Source: Breznakia sp. PF5-3
GTDB lineage: Bacteria; Bacillota_I; Bacilli_A; Erysipelotrichales; Erysipelotrichaceae
Assembly: GCF_029504745.1 (NCBI RefSeq)
Contig: NZ_JAQFIQ010000028.1
Location: 369 to 32,368, forward strand
Direction: 5' to 3'
DNA: 32,000 nt
In this document: in pieces, positions 27,399 through 32,000 of the stretch
Position numbering within the stretch: the first letter of the stretch is position 1
How the letters are laid out: each line of letters opens with the position of its first letter
Notes under the pieces: generated by a model
Databases searched by the model: none
Told to the model about the DNA's origin: nothing
The model's input: only the letters and a program-made list of their open reading frames with translations
Made by a program: the position numbers and the translations under genes

Positions 27399-28718
27399 CT
27401 AACTTTCAATATTCACTATATAAGAAATCATATTTCCTGATTTATCATAAATAGTTACATAAACCTCTCCTTCAAATTCTTTTTTTATTTCGCCATTTTT
27501 TGGAATTGCTATTTTCTCTTCTTTATACAAAATATAAGATGAAGCATAATTTAGCCCTAAACCTTCATCTTTTAATTTGACTGATAAAGTTCCATCTTCA
27601 TAACCAATATCAACCATCTCTGGTGCTTTTTTATCAATATTGTCAATCGATATTTTTTGAATATCCTCAGCAACTTTGATTGTATAATCACCATTTCTTT
27701 CAACTTGGAATGATAAAACATCATTCTGGATATCAAAAGCAATCGCTTCCTTTCCTTGTTTTACATTAACTTTAGATTTCTCAACATTCTTATTTAACTT
27801 TGCTTTTACTTCAATTTTCTTATTTGTTGGTTCTTGATAATAACTTATATCTAGAATTTGTGGTGTCTCTGTATTCAAGTTTTGATATACCACATAACTT
27901 CCTGCAGCTCCTAATCCAAGGATTCCTACAAGTGCCGCTTTTGCTATATCAGATATAAAATTACCTCCTATCGCCGCTGCTGGAACAACCACAGATGCGG
28001 CATTGGATCCAGAATGAATAATTTTGTTATAGATTTCAGTCGCTCCACTCGTAGACATCTTATTTTTTTGAATAATGTCAGCAAACAATCGATATGCGAA
28101 TGGGGTAAACGTAAACCCGAAATACTTAGCTGGAGAATATCCTCGTTCTGCTAATCCAGGTTTAATAACTTTCCTAATTCTTCTAAGTCTTGTTTTTACT
28201 GTACCTTCTGGTATCTTTAGTATATAGGCAATCTCATTAATTGATAGCCCTTCATAATACTTCAACATCCCGACTTCAAAAAACTTATCAGAAAGTTGAT
28301 TAAGTTCTGATTTAATCGCATCATAAACTTCTTTACTTTCTACTTCGTGTACTTGATCATTATCAACACGAATAATTTCTTCTAAATTTGTCTCTTCGTT
28401 TAAATCAACTTGTTTTGATCGTTTACGGTAAAGCGATTGTGAACGATTAAACGCAATCGTGAAAAGCCAAGAATGAAAAGCTTTATTAGACTTTAAAACT
28501 TGGATATTTTCAAATACATTCACAAATGTTTCCTGTACAATTTCTTCTGCATCTGCTGCATTCTTCATCAACTTCAAACCAAAGTAATAAATCGAGTCCC
28601 GATAAAAATCATATATCACATTAAATGCTTCAATATCACCATTACGAAAACGTTCGATATATTCAACATCGATTTCTCTTCGATTTCCTGTTTTTTTATA
28701 CTCTTTCTTGGATTTCAT
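27399..28718 (-). CDS. ECF (group 4) sigma-70 factor fused to a linker, one TM helix and a ~160-aa extracytoplasmic domain (single-chain sigma/anti-sigma-like protein)
   Basis: Region 2: DAEEIVQETFVNVFENIQVLKSNKAFHSWLFTIAFNRSQSLYRK. Region 4.2 HTH: LSINEIAYILKIPEGTVKTRLRRIRKVIK (aa ~20-187). Hydrophobic helix IAKAALVGILGLGAAGSYVVY (aa ~257-278, nt 27885-27950). Beta-rich C-terminal part with an Ig-like DKKAPEMV...DEGLGLNY segment. No separate anti-sigma gene lies adjacent. Confidence 0.85.
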   Translation of the reverse strand: MKSKKEYKKTGNRREIDVEYIERFRNGDIEAFNVIYDFYRDSIYYFGLKLMKNAADAEEIVQETFVNVFENIQVLKSNKAFHSWLFTIAFNRSQSLYRKRSKQVDLNEETNLEEIIRVDNDQVHEVESKEVYDAIKSELNQLSDKFFEVGMLKYYEGLSINEIAYILKIPEGTVKTRLRRIRKVIKPGLAERGYSPAKYFGFTFTPFAYRLFADIIQKNKMSTSGATEIYNKIIHSGSNAASVVVPAAAIGGNFISDIAKAALVGILGLGAAGSYVVYQNLNTETPQILDISYYQEPTNKKIEVKAKLNKNVEKSKVNVKQGKEAIAFDIQNDVLSFQVERNGDYTIKVAEDIQKISIDNIDKKAPEMVDIGYEDGTLSVKLKDEGLGLNYASSYILYKEEKIAIPKNGEIKKEFEGEVYVTIYDKSGNMISYIVNIES

Positions 28719-28747
28719 AAAGTATCGCCCCCATCCACTTCATGTAT

Positions 28748-28774
28748 GACGCTTAAGTCAGCGAAAAAGTTCAC
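28748..28774 (-). promoter_or_regulatory. ECF-type promoter P1 (GTGAAC-N17-CGTC) upstream of the sigma operon (putative autoregulation)
   Basis: Minus strand: GTGAAC tttttcgctgacttaag CGTC atac, 29 nt before the sigma ATG and immediately downstream of the grcA-like terminator. Confidence 0.65.
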
Positions 28775-28811
28775 TTTCTTCATACTATTTATAACAAAAA
28801 TACTTACTTAT

Positions 28812-28860
28812 AATAAAAAATGTTGTAACTTGCTATTTTTTCGTAATGAATTACAACATT
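28812..28860 (-). terminator. Terminator after the glycyl-radical peptide gene; upstream boundary of the surface island
   Basis: Minus strand: AATGTTGTAA-(22-nt loop)-TTACAACATT followed by TTTTTTATT. The large loop lowers confidence. Confidence 0.55.
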
Positions 28861-28869
28861 TTCCTTAAT

Positions 28870-29103
28870 TTACATACCTGCATGCATAGTACGATGTATT
28901 ACATCATCTTGCTGTTCTTTGGTAAGTTTATTAAAATTCACAGCATATCCAGATACTCGAATTGTTAATTGAGGATACTTCTCTGGATTTTTTTGAGCAT
29001 CTAATAATATTTCTCGATTAAATACATTTACATTCAAATGATGCCCACCACTTGCTGCATATCCATCAATCATTGTTACCAAATTACTAATACGATCTTT
29101 CAT
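28870..29103 (-). CDS. grcA: Stand-alone 77-aa glycyl-radical domain protein (PFL C-terminus / GrcA-YfiD-like spare-part protein)
   Basis: [54 protein letters not shown] closely parallels the pyruvate formate-lyase and GrcA C-terminus, including the RVSGY glycyl-radical motif. It has its own SD (GAAAGGTTGG) and ATG. Confidence 0.85.
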   Translation of the reverse strand: MKDRISNLVTMIDGYAASGGHHLNVNVFNREILLDAQKNPEKYPQLTIRVSGYAVNFNKLTKEQQDDVIHRTMHAGM

Positions 29104-29184
29104 AAGTATACCAACCTTTCTATTGCTTATACCTATGTATAATATAACGCATCTATGTTGTAATGATAAACTATTTGCCCAGAA

Positions 29185-30039
29185 TTATAATTCTTTAAAA
29201 TATTGAATAGCCAAACACCCAAGCCCTGTATGAACACCAACTACACTAACAAGCTTAATTAAATCATAATTCGCCTTAGGGAAAGCCGCCTTATACTTTT
29301 CAATCAATGCTCTTGCAGCTTCTTCTGCAACCACGTGAGCAACTGTGATACTGTACCCTTCACCTTCACCAAAAATCTCTTTTTTCATAATCTCCAATGT
29401 TGTATCCAAAGCTTTACTCATTGTTCTTACTTTATCAAGAACATCTATCTTCCCATTGGTTTTTTTATTAATTTCCAATATTGGTTTAATCTTCAATAAA
29501 CCTCCTAGTGTTGCAGCAAAAGGCGTTAACCTTCCTCCACGTCTTAAATGATTAAGATCATTAGGAACTAATAATGTATTTGTTGAATTACATATTTGTG
29601 AAAGAATTTGTTTAATCTCATCAATAGACTTTCCTTCTTCATATAATTCTTTGGCACGAACAACCATATATTTTTCAACCATTGCTGTAACATGATTATC
29701 AAAATAATCAAAATTGATTCCCACTTCTTTTGCTGTCATTTCCATTGCATCAATTGTGCCACTTAACCCCTTGCAAATAGGAACTGCAAAAATCATATCA
29801 TATCCTTCATTTTTTAAACGATTAAATAAGTCTTCAATTTTCCCCAATGGAGCTAAAGACGTTTTCATCATTTTTCCTTTTTCCATTAAATCATATACTT
29901 GATCAACATTGATATCTTCATTTTCTAGCAATGAAACATCATCATATGATATCTGTAACGGAACACTAAAACAACCTAATTTTTCTACCTCATCAACACT
30001 TAAGCCAGTACCGCTATCTGTAACAAATGCAACTTTCAT
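29185..30039 (-). CDS. DegV-family fatty-acid-binding protein (FakB-like), paralog 3
   Basis: MKVAFVTDSGTGL..., TSLAPLG, RGGRLTPFAATLGGLLKIKPIL, VGVHTGLGCLAIQY are typical DegV/EDD-fold signatures. Confidence 0.88.
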   Translation of the reverse strand: MKVAFVTDSGTGLSVDEVEKLGCFSVPLQISYDDVSLLENEDINVDQVYDLMEKGKMMKTSLAPLGKIEDLFNRLKNEGYDMIFAVPICKGLSGTIDAMEMTAKEVGINFDYFDNHVTAMVEKYMVVRAKELYEEGKSIDEIKQILSQICNSTNTLLVPNDLNHLRRGGRLTPFAATLGGLLKIKPILEINKKTNGKIDVLDKVRTMSKALDTTLEIMKKEIFGEGEGYSITVAHVVAEEAARALIEKYKAAFPKANYDLIKLVSVVGVHTGLGCLAIQYFKEL

Positions 30040-30051
30040 AAGTTGATCCTC

Positions 30052-30900
30052 CTATACCTTCTTAATATATTGTAATCCTAGACATCCAACTCCTGTATGA
30101 ACAGAAATCACAGGCCCTATAAACCCAAACACATTATCATTATTTGGATATTTACCAAAATATAAATCTCTTAATTCTTCAGCTGTTTCTTTTGCATCAG
30201 TATGTAAGACGACCACTTCATAATCATCCATAATTCCTTCATCTGCAAATGTATCAACTGCCATTTTCATAGCTTTGCTCATGGTTCTAACTTTTGAAAA
30301 AGTATCTATTTTACCTTCACTTGTTTTGTTTAATTTTAAAACTGGTTTAATCTTCAACATTCCACCTAATGCTGCAGCTAAAGGCGTTAATCGCCCCCCT
30401 CGCTTTAAATGATCTAAATCATCTGGAATAATCAATGTATTACTATTTTCAATACTATTATTTAAACGTTCTAAAATTTCTTCTAAATCTTTTCCTTCAT
30501 CTACCAATTGTTTTGCAGCTTTTGCAATATATTGTTGAATATAACAAGTCGTATGACATTCTATGCAAGTCAAATCAAAATCATTATTATCTGCCAACAT
30601 TTTCACATTCTGCATCGTGCTTGATAACCCACTTGTAAGAGGAACAAAAATCCCATGATCATATCCTTCTTTTTTTAATTTATGAAATAAATCTTCCACC
30701 ATACCTACTGGTGGAAGTGATGTTTTCATCATCTTGCCATCACGGATCATCTGAAATATTTCTTCACAAGTCGTATCGTATCCATCTAAATATACTTGTT
30801 CATCATCAATGATCTGCAATGGCAAAAAATGAATGCCCATCGCTTCTGCCTGATCTTTATTCAATCCACTACCACTATCTGTAATTACTGCAATTTTCAT
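30052..30900 (-). CDS. DegV-family fatty-acid-binding protein (FakB-like), paralog 2
   Basis: MKIAVITDSGSGL..., TSLPPVG, RGGRLTPLAAALGGMLKIKPVL, ISVHTGVGCLGLQY. GGAGGA SD in the 12-nt gap to the next gene. Confidence 0.88.
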   Translation of the reverse strand: MKIAVITDSGSGLNKDQAEAMGIHFLPLQIIDDEQVYLDGYDTTCEEIFQMIRDGKMMKTSLPPVGMVEDLFHKLKKEGYDHGIFVPLTSGLSSTMQNVKMLADNNDFDLTCIECHTTCYIQQYIAKAAKQLVDEGKDLEEILERLNNSIENSNTLIIPDDLDHLKRGGRLTPLAAALGGMLKIKPVLKLNKTSEGKIDTFSKVRTMSKAMKMAVDTFADEGIMDDYEVVVLHTDAKETAEELRDLYFGKYPNNDNVFGFIGPVISVHTGVGCLGLQYIKKV

Positions 30901-30918
30901 ATATTTACGCTCCTAATT

Positions 30919-31773
30919 TTAAATTTTTAATGTTGATTGTATGGCAACACATCCCAATCCGCCATGACATGTAAGTACGGATGGCAATTCATTAATTTCA
31001 CATTCAATATCATCAAATACCGCTTTCAGCATTTTTTCTGCCTGTAATGCTCCCTTTGCATTATCTGCATGAAGTATATAAAGTTTATTCGTCAATGAAT
31101 TCACATTCAAATCCCTAAACTTATCTACACAAAGTTGAATAACTTTTCCCTCTGTTCGTGCCATACCAAAACGATCAACTACACTACCATCTTCTTTTAA
31201 ATATAAAAGTGGTTTAATTTTTAATAATGATGCCATATTGGCAGCAAGTGGTGAAACTCTTCCACCTTTCTTTAATTGTGTAAGCGTTTCAGGATATAAA
31301 AAGGAAAATTGGTTTTGATATTTCATATCTAACATCTTTAATATTTCTATAATATCTTTTCCTTCATTCGCCATTTCTTTAGCACGGATGGCTCCATCCA
31401 TAATTGGTGCACCGACACTACGGGTATCAACAATATAAACATTATCCATTTCTAACTGCTTTTTCACCATATGAAAAGTATGATTTGTTCCACTTAAATC
31501 ACTCGAACAAGTTAATACAATAATCGCATCATAATTTTCAGTTTTCCATTTTTCCATTAATTCTGTAACATACCCAACACTTGGTTGACTAGTAGTAGGA
31601 ACCAATCCTTCTCTAAGCTTTTCATAAAGGACATCATTTGTAATTTCAATCAAATCTTTAAATTCTTTCCCATTGATTACAACACTTAATGGAACTAATG
31701 CAATATCATGTTTTTTTGCAATTTCCAAGTTCATTGCGCTTGTAGTATCCGTAACAATTAAATAATTATTCAT
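30919..31773 (-). CDS. DegV-family fatty-acid-binding protein (FakB-like), paralog 1 (most divergent)
   Basis: YLIVTDTTSAM..., TSQPSVG, KGGRVSPLAANMASLLKIKPLL, LTCHGGLGCVAIQ. Confidence 0.85.
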   Translation of the reverse strand: MNNYLIVTDTTSAMNLEIAKKHDIALVPLSVVINGKEFKDLIEITNDVLYEKLREGLVPTTSQPSVGYVTELMEKWKTENYDAIIVLTCSSDLSGTNHTFHMVKKQLEMDNVYIVDTRSVGAPIMDGAIRAKEMANEGKDIIEILKMLDMKYQNQFSFLYPETLTQLKKGGRVSPLAANMASLLKIKPLLYLKEDGSVVDRFGMARTEGKVIQLCVDKFRDLNVNSLTNKLYILHADNAKGALQAEKMLKAVFDDIECEINELPSVLTCHGGLGCVAIQSTLKI

Positions 31774-31912
31774 AGCTAAACCTCTCTGTATTATTCTAAC
31801 ATACCGAATTTAAAATAGATACACTTTGGCTTAACAAGAAAAGGATTTTGATTAAAGCATAGTCTATTTTGAAAATCTTGTCATAATCAAAAAAAAGAAC
31901 CGTATTGATGTG

Positions 31913-31953
31913 AACCCCCAAAGTTAGACAATAAACTAACAAAGGGGGTTTTT
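31913..31953 (+). promoter_or_regulatory. Terminator-like hairpin whose 3' arm contains the SD of the following gene
   Basis: AACCCCCaaaGTTAGacaataaaCTAACaaaGGGGGTT followed by TTTTC, then ATG at 31957. CCCCC/GGGGG and GTTAG/CTAAC pair, with an A:A internal loop. Confidence 0.4.
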
Positions 31954-31956
31954 CTT

Positions 31957-32000
31957 ATGAAGTTGACTAACGAAATTAAAAAGAAGATTGTTTTAGAAAA
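31957..32000 (+). CDS. 5' fragment of an unidentified gene (MKLTNEIKKKIVLE...), runs off the window
   Basis: ATG preceded by an AAAGGGGG SD at appropriate spacing. Only 14 codons are visible, so no function can be assigned. Confidence 0.4.
   Translation, partial: MKLTNEIKKKIVLE

Noticed and set aside
3698-28860. The surface island as a mobile element, prophage or integrative island
   Set aside because: No integrase, transposase, recombinase, tRNA attachment site, flanking direct repeats or phage genes are visible. Composition looks similar to the flanks by eye. Only the term 'accessory-like locus' is justified.
28500-28868. 122-aa plus-strand ORF that overlaps the sigma gene 5' end and its promoter region
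   Set aside because: It is antisense to the sigma region-2 coding sequence, has hydrophobic low-complexity translation, and has no SD. It would run through the grcA terminator.
28870-29103. The glycyl-radical ORF as a truncated pflB pseudogene left by insertion of the island
   Set aside because: The sequence immediately upstream is an 81-nt AT-rich intergenic region followed by a complete degV gene, with no room or frame for the ~680 missing PFL residues. The ORF also has its own well-spaced SD, ATG and terminator. I kept it as the refutation test in the finding.
28819-29164. 10-nt ATGTTGTAAT copies flanking the grcA-like gene (29155-29164 direct, 28850-28859 inverted, 28820-28828 partial)
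   Set aside because: Two of the three copies simply form the terminator stem. A single extra 10-mer match in AT-rich DNA is within chance expectation, and there are no target-site-duplication or transposase features.
31844-31892. TTTTGATTA ... TAATCAAAA inverted repeat in the degV upstream region, as a possible fatty-acid regulator site
   Set aside because: It is a 9-bp AT-only stem separated by ~29 nt. I cannot match it to a known FabT/FapR-type box from memory, and chance occurrence is likely in AT-rich intergenic DNA.

Overview
AT-rich window, probably from an anaerobic low-GC Firmicute (rubrerythrin/PerR, a PFL-type glycyl-radical peptide, DegV paralogs, Gram-positive signal peptides). 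All genes are on the minus strand except copA-csoR at the left edge and a gene fragment at the right edge. The left flank (1-3.7 kb) holds a 5'-truncated copper P-type ATPase with an extra C-terminal HMA domain, a CsoR-type repressor, and a perR-rubrerythrin operon with palindromic operators. The right flank (28.9-32 kb) holds a 77-aa stand-alone glycyl-radical peptide and three tandem DegV genes. The centre (~3.7-28.8 kb) is a cell-surface island bounded by terminators. It encodes an ECF sigma factor fused in one polypeptide to a TM helix and an extracytoplasmic domain, a Listeria-Bacteroides-repeat membrane protein, an internalin-like LRR protein, a 4841-aa adhesin (14.5 kb), a lipoprotein, a secreted beta-helix-like protein, and an operon for a membrane-anchored bactofilin, a BspA-type LRR protein and a signal peptidase I. 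The main finding is one ECF-type promoter motif (rTGAAC-N17-CGwC with a conserved extended -10) seen four times. Each copy is intergenic, correctly oriented and directly upstream of a transcription unit: the sigma operon, the giant adhesin, the secreted protein and the bactofilin/SPase operon. This suggests a self-contained, autoregulated single-chain sigma/anti-sigma regulon for surface proteins. Other points are the adhesin's nested repeats (264-nt units, 1.3-1.8 kb modules, a 3378-nt super-repeat) and a shared non-LPXTG C-terminal [VI]x[TA]GD + TM + basic tail. No CRISPR array, tRNA/rRNA, transposase or integrase was seen. All domain calls come from motif reading by eye, not database searches.
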